Of a DNA stretch of 64,000 bases, positions 13,301 to 28,500 are shown in pieces. Made by a program: the position numbers and the translations under genes. Position 1 is the stretch's first letter. Each line of letters begins with the position of its first letter. Origin of the DNA: Eledone cirrhosa. Lineage: Eukaryota. The DNA lies in assembly GCA_964016885.1 (NCBI GenBank), contig OZ024764.1, positions 1 through 64,000 on the forward strand, written 5' to 3'. A model generated the notes under the pieces. That model was not told the DNA's origin. It searched no databases and saw only the letters and a program-made list of their open reading frames with translations.

Positions 13301-13548
13301 GGACATGTGATGCGCTCGGAGGATGACCGATGGGTGAAGAAGTGCCAGGAATTGCCAGTTGAAGGAAGACGTAGTAGAGGAAGACCACGAAAAACATGGG
13401 CGGAGGTGGTGAGAACAGACCTCAGATCGCTGAAGCTCACGGAGGAGATGACGAGGGACCGTGACAAGTGGAGAGATGCTGTGCTGAATAAGACCCGTCC
13501 CACCCTTGCAAGCAGGGAAGAGCGGACGTAAAATGATGATGATGATGA
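10316..13548 (+). mobile_element. near full-length RTE-clade LINE, decayed (APE endonuclease + RT + PHD-like finger)
   Basis: ATLNV, QEVRW, GDFNGH and QHRLV (APE); QFGF, AFVDLEKAFD, GVHQGS and LLYAADL (RT, YADD mutated); WYGHVMR...GRPRKTW C-terminus; (ATG)n tail; several frameshifts and a stop at 13217. Confidence 0.95.
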
Positions 13549-13622
13549 TATAAATATATATATATATATATTTCTGTCAAATAGTCTGCCCTATTTACTA
13601 TCACCCTCTTAATACCTTGCAG

Positions 13623-13804
13623 TGTTGGATTCCTTCGGAAAAATCCCTAGTGGAATAATGCTATTGAATACCCACTTTGTCGGGTCCTATCATGAATGCC
13701 TTAATGTATCAGTAGCCGTCAGAGACCAGTACACCGGACACTCCACCCCCCATCGTCCATTCAGACCAAAGTATTGCCAAACTGTCTTTCCTATCAATAA
13801 CAAG
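13623..13804 (+). CDS. nrf-6: NRF-6-like exon 2 (NRF domain)
   Basis: ccttgcag| acceptor, (M)LDSFGKIPSGIMLLNTHFVGSYHECL...KYCQTVFPINNK, AAG|GTATGT donor, phase 0. Confidence 0.92.
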
Positions 13805-13905
13805 GTATGTAATCTAGCCTCTTTACACCTACCCCTGCCATCACCTTTCTTATCCAAATCCTTTCTATCTATTTTTTTATCTATCTACCTATCTACCTAT
13901 CTATC

Positions 13906-15374
13906 TTGAGTGCCTTCAGGCACTCACAGCCCTCTACCAAGTGGAAATGGCAATCAGCGGAGACTCCACTTCGACATTCTATAGGGGATAAGAGCGACAA
14001 CGTTCTCGGGGAAACTCTAGGCATCGAGGAGGACGAACTGGCCAGTCTGTTCAGCAGGACTTTCCGTCCAGGGCCTATGGAGAACTTCCAGAGGTCCCTG
14101 GCCTGGCAGTGCTACCGAGGAGCTCTACCAGTTGGAGACAAGATCTACAGGCACGGACACCCTGGCAGAGATCCTGCCAAAAGGACCTGTCCAAGATGCG
14201 AGCAGGACATTGAAACCGTTCTACACGCAATTGTTCAGTGCCCAGGGATGACTGACCTGTGGAATTATGTCGAACAGCTACTGTCAGGTGTGGGACGCAC
14301 CCAGTTGTCAGCCGAGTCCATCGTGAGGATCACCCCACCGCCTTCATTTAAGAATGAGGAGAGGCAGTTTTCCTCTGTCTGGTGGCTATGGCAAAAGAGG
14401 TAATATGGTGGACGAGGTTAAAAGGAGTGATGGCAAACACCTTTCTCTTCGGACAACAACTCATCCCCTTCTTTAAGTACCACTTCAGAAGTTAGGTGAG
14501 AGTGGAGAGAGAGGTGCTACACCCCAGTAAATTCACTGGAAGGTGGGTGAATGTGACAAAAATGGCCCCAGTGATTGGACCTTCTCTGTATATAAACCTG
14601 TAGGTTGAGGAAGATAAACAGAGGGAAGACGGGAACACCTACAAAACGTGTTCCTGGTGTTGAGGGTTGTTCTATCCACGGGGTGTAAAACAACCCTGCA
14701 GTAACGTTCCCCCCTATTAGGGATTTCAATTGTTATTTTATTATATATAGTTTATTGTTATTTATTAATGTTAAAGTTCTATGGTTTTTATGTAAAACCC
14801 TGCCGTCACGTCTTGTCATGTCCCACTTTTGTACGCCCCTGTGGCAGATAAAGAAAGAAATCTATCTATCTATCTATCTGTCCATCTTTCTATTCATCTA
14901 TATATCTATCTATCTAATGGCGAAAGAGGTTGTATGGTGGATGAGGTTAAAAGGGCTGAGGTCAGACACCTTTCTCTCCGGCCAACAACTGATTCTTTTT
15001 TTCAAATACCACTTTGGAAGAAGAATCAGGATGGAGAGAGAGGTGCTGTACCCCAGCAAGTTTTATGAAAGGTGGGTGAATGTGGCGAGAATGGCCCGAG
15101 TGGTTGGGCCTTCTCTCTATATCAGCCTGTAGGTTGAGGAAAAAGAGGAAGAGAAGAAAGGGGTACAAACTGTTCGAACTCCTGGAGATGAGGGTTTGCA
15201 CATTTGTTCGGGGGTATGTGTTACCCATATGAACTGTCTCCCCCTATTGGGGAAAATCGACTAATTTTTAAATTGCATTTGTGATAGTATTTTACACGTT
15301 TTTATTGTATGTAAACTTCCCCTTTTGTATTTGTCCCCTTCTTTTGTGCCCCATGTGGCTAATAAAGAAACAAT

Positions 15375-15412
<38 letters not shown>

Positions 15413-16277
15413 CACCCCAGTCGTTTTTATGAAAGGTGGGTGAAAGTGGCGAGAATGGCCCGTGTGAATGGGCCTTCTCTTTACATCAGCCTGTAGGTGG
15501 AAAAGAGGAAGGAACGAGGCAGCACCTCCTCTCTGTGCTCCTGAGGAGAAGGGTTGCACACTTTTTTCGGGGGTGTGTGCGACCCCCCCAAGGCGCCTCC
15601 TCTCTATTGAGGATTTTGTTATAAATTTTATTCTGTTATATTTTATTTTATTTTTATATTTTGTTATTGCCTCCTCCTTATTGAGGACGCCTTTGCATGT
15701 AAACTCCCCCCCCCCCCTTTGTACTTGTCCCACTTTTTGATGCCCTGGTGGCAAATAAAGAAACATATCTATCTATCTACCTGTCTATCTATCTATTTAT
15801 CTACCTGTCTATCTACCTGTCTATCTATCTATGAAAGAGGTTATATGGTGGACGACGTTGAGAGGACTGAGGACAGATGCCTTTCTCTCCGGACAACAAC
15901 TCATTCCCTTCTTTAGCTATCACTTTAGAAGGAGAATCAGAGGAGAGAGAGAGGCACTGCACCCCAGTAAATTTACTGAAAGGTGGGTAAATGTAGCAAA
16001 AATGGCCCAAGTGATTGGGCCTTCTCTGTATATAAACCTGTAGGTTGAAGAGGAGAGCAAAAGGAAGAAAGGAGCACTTGCACAACACGCTCCTGGAGTT
16101 GAGGGTTGTTCTATCTACGGGGTATTAAACAACCCATTTGTGGCACCTCCCTCCTATTGGGGATTTCAATTGTTATAATTGTTTGTTTTTATATTTTTTA
16201 CACGACTGTATATAAAATCCCCGGCATGTGTCTTTGTATTGTCCCCTTTTCTTGTGCGCCCTTGTGGCAAATAAAGA
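13906..16277 (+). mobile_element. four tandem 5'-truncated L1/Tx1-type LINE 3' ends in (TATC)n
   Basis: copies 13906-14860, 14917-15373, 15412-15763, 15833-16277; zf-RVT-like FQRSLAWQCYRGALP..CPRC..ETVLH..C in the longest; each ends (A/G)ATAAAG(A)n and is flanked by TCTA repeats. Confidence 0.85.
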
Positions 16278-16419
16278 TATCTATCTGTCTATCTACCTGT
16301 CTATCTACCTGTCTATCTATCTACCTGTATATCTATCTATCCCCTTATATCTCTGTCCACCCATCCACCCTATCCACCCTATTCTAATTCTCACCTTATT
16401 CCTTATGTGTCTTTTCAAG

Positions 16420-16513
16420 GATTTAAATGCATTAAGTAATCTGGGCTTAACTGTTGGACTGTGTTCCCCGGACAGCTGCAGTCCCAGAGATATCAACATT
16501 TTGGTCAACATGA
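16420..16513 (+). CDS. nrf-6: NRF-6-like exon 3 (NRF domain)
   Basis: cttttcaag| acceptor, DLNALSNLGLTVGLCSPDSCSPRDINILVNM (GxCxPxSCS motif), A|GTAAGT donor, phase 1. Confidence 0.9.
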
Positions 16514-16594
16514 GTAAGTATCATGCCCTCCTACCCCAACCATATTGTACCACCTCCTCCCCTACTGCTCCCCCACCTTCCAATTTCTTTTAAA

Positions 16595-19500
16595 TCCCCA
16601 CTACGCCCTCACCACTCAACACACACCACCTCCCCACTACAGCCTCACCACTACACCCTCCCCACTCGACACACACCACCTCCCCACTACACCCTCACCA
16701 CACGACACACACCACCTCCCCACTACACCCTCACCACTACACCCTCACCACACGACACACACCACCTCCCCACTACACCCTCACCACACGACACACACCA
16801 CCTCCCCACTACACCCTCACCACACGACACACACCACCTCCCCACTACACCCTCACCACACGACACACACCACCTCCCCACTACACCCTCCCCACTCCAC
16901 ACACACCACCTCCCCACTACACCCTCCCCACTCGACACACACCACCTCCCCACTACACCCTCCCCACTACACCCTCACCACACGACACACACCACCTCCC
17001 CACTACACCCTCACCACACGACACACACCACCTCCCCACTACACCCTCCCCACTCGACACACACCACCTCCCCACTACACCCTCCCCACTACACCCTCAC
17101 CACACGACACACACCACCTCCCCACTACACCCTCACCACACGACACACACCACCTCCCCACTACACCCTTTCCACTCGACACACACCACCTCCCCACTAC
17201 ACCCTCCCCACTCGACACACACCGCCTCCCCACTACACCCTCCCCACTCCACACACACCACCTCCCCACTACACCCTCACCACACGACACACACCACCTC
17301 CCCACTACACCCTCACCACACGACACACACCACCTCCCCACTACACCCTCACCACACGACACACACCACCTCCCCACTACACCCTCCCCACTCGACACAC
17401 ACCACCTCCCCACTACACCCTCCCCACTACACCCTCACCACACGACACACACCACCTCCCCACTACACCCTCACCACACGACACACACCACCTCCCCACT
17501 ACACCCTCCCCACTCGACACACACCACCTCCCCACTACACCCTCCCCACTACACCCTCACCACACGACACACACCACCTCCCCACTACACCCTCACCACA
17601 CGACACACACCACCTCCCCACTACACCCTCACCACACGACACACACCACCTCCCCACTACACCCTCCCCACTCGACACACACCACCTCCCCACTACACCC
17701 TCCCCACTACACCCTCACCACACGACACACACCACCTCCCCACTACACCCTTTCCACTCGACACACACCACCTCCCCACTACACCCTCCCCACTCGACAC
17801 ACACCGCCTCCCCACTACACCCTCCCCACTACACCCTCACCACACGACACACACCACCTCCCCACTACACCCTCCCCACTCGACACACACCACCTCCCCA
17901 CTACACCCTCCCCACTCGACACACACCACCTCCCCACTACACCCTCACCACACGACACACACCACCTCCCCACTACACCCTCACCACACGACACACACCA
18001 CCTCCCCACTACACCCTCACCACACGACACACACCACCTCCCCACTACACCCTCCCCACTCGACACACACCACCTCCCCACTACACCCTCCCCACTACAC
18101 CCTCACCACACGACACACACCACCTCCCCACTACACCCTCCCCACTACACCCTCCCCACTCCACACACACCACCTCCCCACTACACCCTCCCCACTCGAC
18201 ACACACCACCTCCCCACTACACCCTCACCACACGACACACACCACCTCCCCACTACACCCTCCCCACTCGACACACACCACCTCCCCACTACACCCTCCC
18301 CACTACACCCTCACCACACGACACACACCACCTCCCCACTACACCCTCCCCACTACACCCTCCCCACTCCACACACACCACCTCCCCACTACACCCTCCC
18401 CACTCGACACACACCACCTCCCCACTACACCCTCCCCACTACACCCTCCCCACTCCACACACACCACCTCCCCACTACACCCTCCCCACTCGACACACAC
18501 CACCTCCCCACTACACCCTCCCCACTACACCCTCCCCACTCGACACACACCACCTCCCCACTACACCCTCCCCACTACACCCTCCCCACTCGACACACAC
18601 CACCTCCCCACTACACCCTCCCCACTCGACACACACCACCTCCCCACTACACCCTCCCCACTACACACACACCACCTCCCCACTACACCCTCCCCACTAC
18701 ACCCTCACCACTCGACACACACCACCTCCCCACTACACCCTCACCACTCGACACACACCACCTCCCCACTACACCCTCCCCACTACACACACACCACCTC
18801 CCCACTACACCCTCCCCACTACACCCTCCCCACTCGACACACACCACCTCCCCACTACACCCTCCCCACTACACCCTCCCCACTCGACACACACCACCTC
18901 CCCACTACACCCTCCCCACTCGACACACACCACCTCCCCACTACACCCTCACCACTCGACACACACCACCTCCCCACTACACCCTCCCCACTACACACAC
19001 ACCACCTCCCCACTACACCCTCCCCACTACACCCTCCCCACTCGACACACACCACCTCCCCACTACACCCTCCCCACTACACCCTCCCCACTCGACACAC
19101 ACCACCTCCCCACTACACCCTCCCCACTACACACACACCACCTCCCCACACCACCTCCCCACTACACACACACCACCTCCCCACTACACCCTCCCCACTA
19201 CACCCTCCCCACTCGACACACACCACCTCCCCACTACACCCTCCCCACTACACCCTCCCCACTCGACACACACCACCTCCCCACTACACCCTCCCCACTA
19301 CACCCTCACCACTCGACACACACCACCTCCCCACTACACCCTCCCCACTCCACACACACCACCTCCCCACTACACCCTCCCCACTACACCCTCCCCACTA
19401 CACCCTCACCACTCGACACACACCACCTCCCCACTCCACCCTCCCCACTCCACACACACCACCTCCCCACTACACCCTCCCCACTACACACACACCACCT

Positions 19501-22500
19501 CCCCACTACACCCTCCCCACTACACCCTCACCACTCGACACACACCACCTCCCCACTCCACCCTCCCCACTCGACACACACCGCCTCCCCACTCCACCCT
19601 CCCCACTCCACACACACCACCTCCCCACTACACCCTCACCACACGACACACACCACCTCCCCACTACACCCTCCCCACTCGACACACACCACCTCCCCAC
19701 TACACCCTCCCCACACCACCTCCCCACTACACCCTCCCCACTCCACACACACCACCTCCCCACTACACCCTCCCCACTACACCCTCCCCACTCGACACAC
19801 ACCACCTCCCCACTACACCCTCCCCACACCACCTCCCCACTACACCCTCCCCACTCCACACACACCACCTCCCCACTACACCCTCCCCACTACACCCTCC
19901 CCACTCCACACACACCACCTCCCCACTACACCCTCCCCACTACACCCTCACCACTACACCCTCCCCACTCGACACACACCACCTCCCCACTACACCCTCC
20001 CCACTCGACACACACCACCTCCCCACTACACCCTCCCCACTACACCCTCACCACTACACCCTCCCCACTCGACACACACCACCTCCCCACTACACCCTCC
20101 CCACTCCACACACACCACCTCCCCACTACACCCTCCCCACTCCACACACACCACCTCCCCACTACACCCTCCCCACTCGACACACACCACCTCCCCACTA
20201 CACCCTCACCACACCACCTCCCCACTACACCCTCCCCACTCCACACACACCACCTCCCCACTACACCCTCCCCACACCACCTCCCCACTACACCCTCCCC
20301 ACTCCACACACACCACCTCCCCACTACACCCTCCCCACTCCACACACACCACCTCCCCACTACACCCTCCCCACTCCACACACACCACCTCCCCACTACA
20401 CCCTCCCCACTCCACACACACCACCTCCCCACTACACCCTCCCCACTCCACACACACCACCTCCCCACTACACCCTCCCCACTCCACACACACCACCTCC
20501 CCACTACACCCTCCCCACTACACCCTCACCACTACACCCTCCCCACTCCACACACACCACCTCCCCACTACACCCTCCCCACTCCACACACACCACCTCC
20601 CCACTACACCCTCCCCACACCACCTCCCCACTACACCCTCCCCACTCCACACACACCACCTCCCCACTACACCCTCCCCACACCACCTCCCCACTACACC
20701 CTCCCCACTCCACACACACCACCTCCCCACTACACCCTCCCCACTCCACACACACCACCTCCCCACTACACCCTCCCCACTACACCCTCACCACTCGACA
20801 CACACCACCTCCCCACTCCACCCTCCCCACTCCACACACACCACCTCCCCACTACACCCTCACCACACGACACACACCACCTCCCCACTACACCCTCCCC
20901 ACTCGACACACACCACCTCCCCACTACACCCTCCCCACACCACCTCCCCACTACACCCTCCCCACTCCACACACACCACCTCCCCACTACACCCTCCCCA
21001 CTACACCCTCCCCACTCGACACACACCACCTCCCCACTACACCCTCCCCACACCACCTCCCCACTACACCCTCCCCACTCCACACACACCACCTCCCCAC
21101 TACACCCTCCCCACACCACCTCCCCACTACACCCTCCCCACTCCACACACACCACCTCCCCACTACACCCTCCCCACTCCACACACACCACCTCCCCACT
21201 ACACCCTCCCCACTACACCCTCACCACTCGACACACACCACCTCCCCACTCCACCCTCCCCACTCCACACACACCACCTCCCCACTACACCCTCACCACA
21301 CGACACACACCACCTCCCCACTACACCCTCCCCACTCCACACACACCACCTCCCCACTACACCCTCCCCACTCCACACACACCACCTCCCCACTACACCC
21401 TCCCCACTACACCCTCCCCACTCGACACACACCACCTCCCCACTACACCCTCCCCACTACACCCTCCCCACTCCACACACACCACCTCCCCACTACACCC
21501 TCCCCACACCACCTCCCCACTACACCCTCCCCACTCCACACACACCACCTCCCCACTACACCCTCCCCACTACACCCTCCCCACTCGACACACACCACCT
21601 CCCCACTACACCCTCCCCACACCACCTCCCCACTACACCCTCCCCACTCCACACACACCACCTCCCCACTACACCCTCCCCACTACACCCTCCCCACTCG
21701 ACACACACCACCTCCCCACTACACCCTCCCCACTACACCCTCCCCACTCCACACACACCACCTCCCCACTACACCCTCCCCACTCGACACACACCACCTC
21801 CCCACTACACCCTCACCACACCACCTCCCCACTACACCCTCCCCACTCCACACACACCACCTCCCCACTACACCCTCCCCACTACACCCTCCCCACTCCA
21901 CACACACCACCTCCCCACTACACCCTCCCCACTCGACACACACCACCTCCCCACTACACCCTCCCCACTCCACACACACCACCTCCCCACTACACCCTCC
22001 CCACTCGACACACACCACCTCCCCACTACACCCTCACCACACCACCTCCCCACTACACCCTCCCCACTCCACACACACCACCTCCACACTACACCCTCCC
22101 CACACCACCTCCCCACTACACCCTCCCCACTCCACACACACCACCTCCCCACTACACCCTCCCCACACCACCTCCCCACTACACCCTCCCCACTCCACAC
22201 ACACCACCTCCCCACTACACCCTCCCCACACCACCTCCCCACTACACCCTCCCCACTCCACACACACCACCTCCCCACTACACCCTCCCCACTCCACACA
22301 CACCACCTCCCCACTACACCCTCCCCACACCACCTCCCCACTACACCCTCCCCACTCCACACACACCACCTCCCCACTACACCCTCCCCACACCACCTCC
22401 CCACTACACCCTCCCCACTCCACACACACCACCTCCCCACTACACCCTCCCCACTCCACACACACCACCTCCCCACTACACCCTCCCCACACCACCTCCC

Positions 22501-25500
22501 CACTACACCCTCCCCACACCACACACACCACCTCCCCACTACACCCTCCCCACTCGACACACACCACCTCCCCACTACACCCTCCCCACTCCACACACAC
22601 CACCTCCCCACTACACCCTCCCCACACCACCTCCCCACTACACCCTCCCCACACCACACACACCACCTCCCCACTACACCCTCCCCACTCGACACACACC
22701 ACCTCCCCACTACACCCTCCCCACTACACCCTCCCCACACCACACACACCACCTCCACACTACACCCTCCCCACTCCACACACACCACCTCCCCACTACA
22801 CCCTCCCCACTCGACACACACCACCTCCACACTACACCCTCCCCACGCCACACACACCACCTCCCCACTACACCCTCCCCACTCGACACACACCACCTCC
22901 CCACTACACCCTCCCCACTCGACACACACCACCTCCCCACTACACCCTCCCCACTACACCCTCCCCACTACACCCTCCCCACACCACACACACCACCTCC
23001 ACACTACACCCTCCCCACTCCACACACACCACCTCCCCACTACACCCTCCCCACTCGACACACACCACCTCCACACTACACCCTCCCCACTCCACACACA
23101 CCACCTCCCCACTACACCCTCCCCACTCGACACACACCACCTCCACACTACACCCTCCCCACTCCACACACACCACCTCCCCACTACACCCTCCCCACTC
23201 GACACACACCACCTCCCCACTACACCCTCCCCACTCCACACACACCACCTCCCCACTACACCCTCCCCACTCCACACACACCACCTCCACACTACACCCT
23301 CCCCACTCCACACACACCACCTCCCCACTACACCCTCCCCACTCGACACACACCACCTCCCCACTACACCCTCCCCACTCCACACACACCACCTCCCCAC
23401 TACACCCTCCCCACTCGACACACACCACCTCCACACTACACCCTCCCCACTCCACACACACCACCTCCCCACTACACCCTCCCCACTCGACACACACCAC
23501 CTCCCCACTACACCCTCCCCACTACACCCTCCCCACACCACACACACCACCTCCACACTACACCCTCCCCACTCCACACACACCACCTCCCCACTACACC
23601 CTCCCCACTCGACACACACCACCTCCCCACTACACCCTCCCCACTCCACACACACCACCTCCCCACTACACCCTCCCCACTCCACACACACCACCTCCAC
23701 ACTACACCCTCCCCACTCCACACACACCACCTCCCCACTACACCCTCCCCACTCGACACACACCACCTCCCCACTACACCCTCCCCACTCCACACACACC
23801 ACCTCCCCACTACACCCTCCCCACTCGACACACACCACCTCCACACTACACCCTCCCCACTCCACACACACCACCTCCCCACTACACCCTCCCCACTCGA
23901 CACACACCACCTCCCCACTACACCCTCCCCACTACACCCTCCCCACTACACCCTCCCCACACCACACACACCACCTCCACACTACACCCTCCCCACTCCA
24001 CACACACCACCTCCCCACTACACCCTCCCCACTCGACACACACCACCTCCACACTACACCCTCCCCACTCCACACACACCACCTCCCCACTACACCCTCC
24101 CCACTCGACACACACCACCTCCACACTACACCCTCCCCACTCCACACACACCACCTCCCCACTACACCCTCCCCACTCGACACACACCACCTCCCCACTA
24201 CACCCTCCCCACTCCACACACACCACCTCCCCACTACACCCTCCCCACTCCACACACACCACCTCCCCACTACACCCTCCCCACACCACCTCCCCACTAC
24301 ACCCTCCCCACACCACACACACCACCCGACACACACCACCTCCCCACTACACCCTCCCCACTCCACACACACCACCTCCCCACTACACCCTCCCCACTCC
24401 ACACACACCACCTCCCCACTACACCCTCCCCACACCACCTCCCCACTACACCCTCCCCACTCCACACACACCACCTCCCCACTACACCCTCCCCACTCCA
24501 CACACACCACCTCCCCACTACACCCTCCCCACTACACCCTCCCCACTCGACACACACCACCTCCACACTACACCCTCCCCACTCGACACACACCACCTCC
24601 CCACTACACCCTCCCCACACCACCTCCCCACTACACCCTCCCCACTCCACACACACCACCTCCCCACTACACCCTCCCCACTCGACACACACCACCTCCA
24701 CACTACACCCTCCCCACTCCACACACACCACCTCCCCACTACACCCTCCCCACTCGACACACACCACCTCCCCACTACACCCTCCCCACTCCACACACAC
24801 CACCTCCCCACTACACCCTCCCCACTCCACACACACCACCTCCCCACTACACCCTCCCCACACCACCTCCCCACTACACCCTCCCCACACCACACACACC
24901 ACCCGACACACACCACCTCCCCACTACACCCTCCCCACTCCACACACACCACCTCCCCACTACACCCTCCCCACACCACATCCCCACTACACCCTCCCCA
25001 CTCCACACACACCACCTCCCCACTACACCCTCCCCACACCACCTCCCCACTACACCCTCCCCACTCCACACACACCACCTCCCCACTACACCCTCCCCAC
25101 TCGACACACACCACCTCCACACTACACCCTCCCCACTCCACACACACCACCTCCCCACTACACCCTCCCCACTCGACACACACCACCTCCCCACTACACC
25201 CTCCCCACTCCACACACACCACCTCCCCACTACACCCTCCCCACTCCACACACACCACCTCCCCACTACACCCTCCCCACACCACCTCCCCACTACACCC
25301 TCCCCACACCACACACACCACCCGACACACACCACCTCCCCACTACACCCTCCCCACTCCACACACACCACCTCCCCACTACACCCTCCCCACTCCACAC
25401 ACACCACCTCCCCACTACACCCTCCCCACACCACCTCCCCACTACACCCTCCCCACTCCACACACACCACCTCCCCACTACACCCTCCCCACTCCACACA

Positions 25501-28500
25501 CACCACCTCCCCACTCCACACCACCTCCCCACACCACCACACACCACCCCACACACACCCTCCCACACCACCACCTCACCACACCCACCCCACTCCCCCC
25601 ACTCACCACCCCACCACCACACTACCCTCCCCACTCCACACACACCACCTCCCCACTACACCCTCCCCACTCGACACACACCACCTCCCCACTACACCCT
25701 CCCCACTCCACACACACCCACCTCCCCACTACACCCTCCCCACTCGACACACACCACCTCCCCACTACACCCTCCCCACACCACACACACCACCCTCCAC
25801 ACTACACCCTCCCCACTCCACACACACCACCTCCCCACTACACCCTCCCCACTCGACACACACCACCTCCACACTACACCCTCCCCACTCCACACACACC
25901 ACCTCCCCACTACACCCTCCCCACTCGACACACACCACCTCCCCACTACACCCTCCCCACACCACACACACCACCTCCCCACTACACCCTCCCCACTCCA
26001 CACACACCACCTCCCCACTACACCCTCCCCACTCCACACACACCACCTCCCCACTACACCCTCCCCCCACACCACCTCCCCACTACACCCTCCCCACTCG
26101 ACACACACCACCTCCACACTACACCCTCCCCCACTCCGACACACACCACCTCCCCACTACACCCTCCCCACACCCACCTCCCCACTACACCCTCCCCACT
26201 CCACACACACCACCTCCCCACTACACCCTCCCCACACCACCTCCCCACTACACCCTCCCCACTCCACACACACCACCTCCCCACTACACCCTCCCCACAC
26301 CACCTCCCCACTACACCCTCCCCACTCGACACACACCACCTCCACACTACACCCTCCCCACTCCACACACACCACCTCCCCACTACACCCTCCCCACACC
26401 ACCTCCCCACTACACCCTCCCCACACCACCTCCCCACTACACCCTCCCCACTCCACACACACCACCTCCCCACTACACCCTCCCCACACCACCTCCCCAC
26501 TACACCCTCCCCACTCGACACACACCACCTCCCCACTACACCCTCCCCACACCACCTCCCCACTACACCCTCCCCACTCGACACACACCACCTCCCCACT
26601 ACACCCTCCCCACTCGACACACACCACCTCCCACTACACCCTCCCCACACCACCTCCCACTACACCCTCCCCACACCACCTCCCCACTACACCCCTCCCC
26701 ACTCCACACACACCACCTCCCCACTACACCCTCCCCACACCACCTCCCCACTACACCCTCCCCACTCCACACACACCACCTCCCCACTACACCCTCCCCA
26801 CACCACCTCCCCACTACACCCTCCCCACTCCACACACACCACCTCCCCACTACACCCTCCCCACACCACCTCCCCACTACACCTCCCCACTCCACACACA
26901 CCACCTCCCCACTACACCCTCCCCACACCACCTCCCCACTACACCCTCCCCACTCCACACACACCACCTCCCCACTACACCCTCCCCACTCGACACACAC
27001 CACCTCCCCACTACTACCCTCCCCACACCACCTCCCCACTACACCCTCCCCACTCGACACACACCACCTCCCCACTACACCCTCCCCACTCGACACACAC
27101 CACCTCCACACTACACCCTCCCCACTCGACACACACCACCTCCCCACTACACCCTCCCCACACCACCTCCCCACTACACCCTCCCCACTCGACACACACC
27201 ACCTCCCCACTACACCCTCCCCACTCGACACACACCACCTCCCCACTACACCCTCCCCACTCGACACACACCACCTCCCCACTACACCCTCCCCACACCA
27301 CCTCCCCACTACACCCTCCCCACCGACACACACCACCTCCCCACTACACCCTCCCCACTCGACACACACCACCTCCCCACTACACCCTCCCACTCGACAC
27401 ACACCACCTCCCCACTACACCCTCCCCCACACCACCTCCCCCACTACACCCTCCCCACTCGACACACACCACCTCCCCACTACACCCTCCCCACACACCA
27501 CCTCCCCACTACACCCCTCCCCACTCACACACACACCACCTCCCCACTACACCCTCCCCACTCGACACACACCACCTCCACACTACACCCTCCCCACTCG
27601 ACACACACCACCTCCCCCACTACACCCTCCCCACTCGACACACACCACCTCCCCACTACACCCTCCCCCACTACACCCTCCCCACTCCACACACACCACC
27701 TCCCCACTACACCCTCCCCACACCACCTCCCCACTACACCCTCCCCACTCCACACACACCACCTCCCCACTACACCCTCCCCACACCACCTCCCCACTAC
27801 ACCCTCCCCACTCCACACACACCACCTCCCCACTACACCCTCCCCACACCCCTCCCCACTACACCCTCCCCACTCCACACACACCACCTCCCCACTACAC
27901 CTCCCCACACCACCTCCCCACTACACCCTCCCCACTCCACACACACCACCTCCCCACTACCACCCCTCCCCACTACACCCTCCCCACTCCACACACACCA
28001 CCTCCCCACTACACCCTCCCCACACCACCTCCCCACTACACCCTCCCCACTCCACACACACCACCTCCCCACTACACCCTCCCCACACCACCTCCCCACT
28101 ACACCCTCCCCACTCCACACACACCACCTCCCCACTACACCCTCCCCACACCACCCTCCCCACTACACCCTCCCCACTCCACACACACCACCTCCCCACT
28201 ACACCCTCCCCACTACACCCTCCCCACTCCACACACACCACCTCCCCACTACACCCTCCCCACACCACCTCCCCACTACACCCTCCCCACTCACACACAC
28301 CACCTCCCCACTACACCCCTCCCCACTCCACACACACCACCTCCCCACTACACCCTCCCCACTCGACACACACCACCTCCACACTACACCCTCCCCACTC
28401 GACACACACCACCTCCCCACTACACCCTCCCCACACCACCTCCCCACTACACCCTCCCCACTCCACACACACCACCTCCCCACTACACCCTCCCCACACC

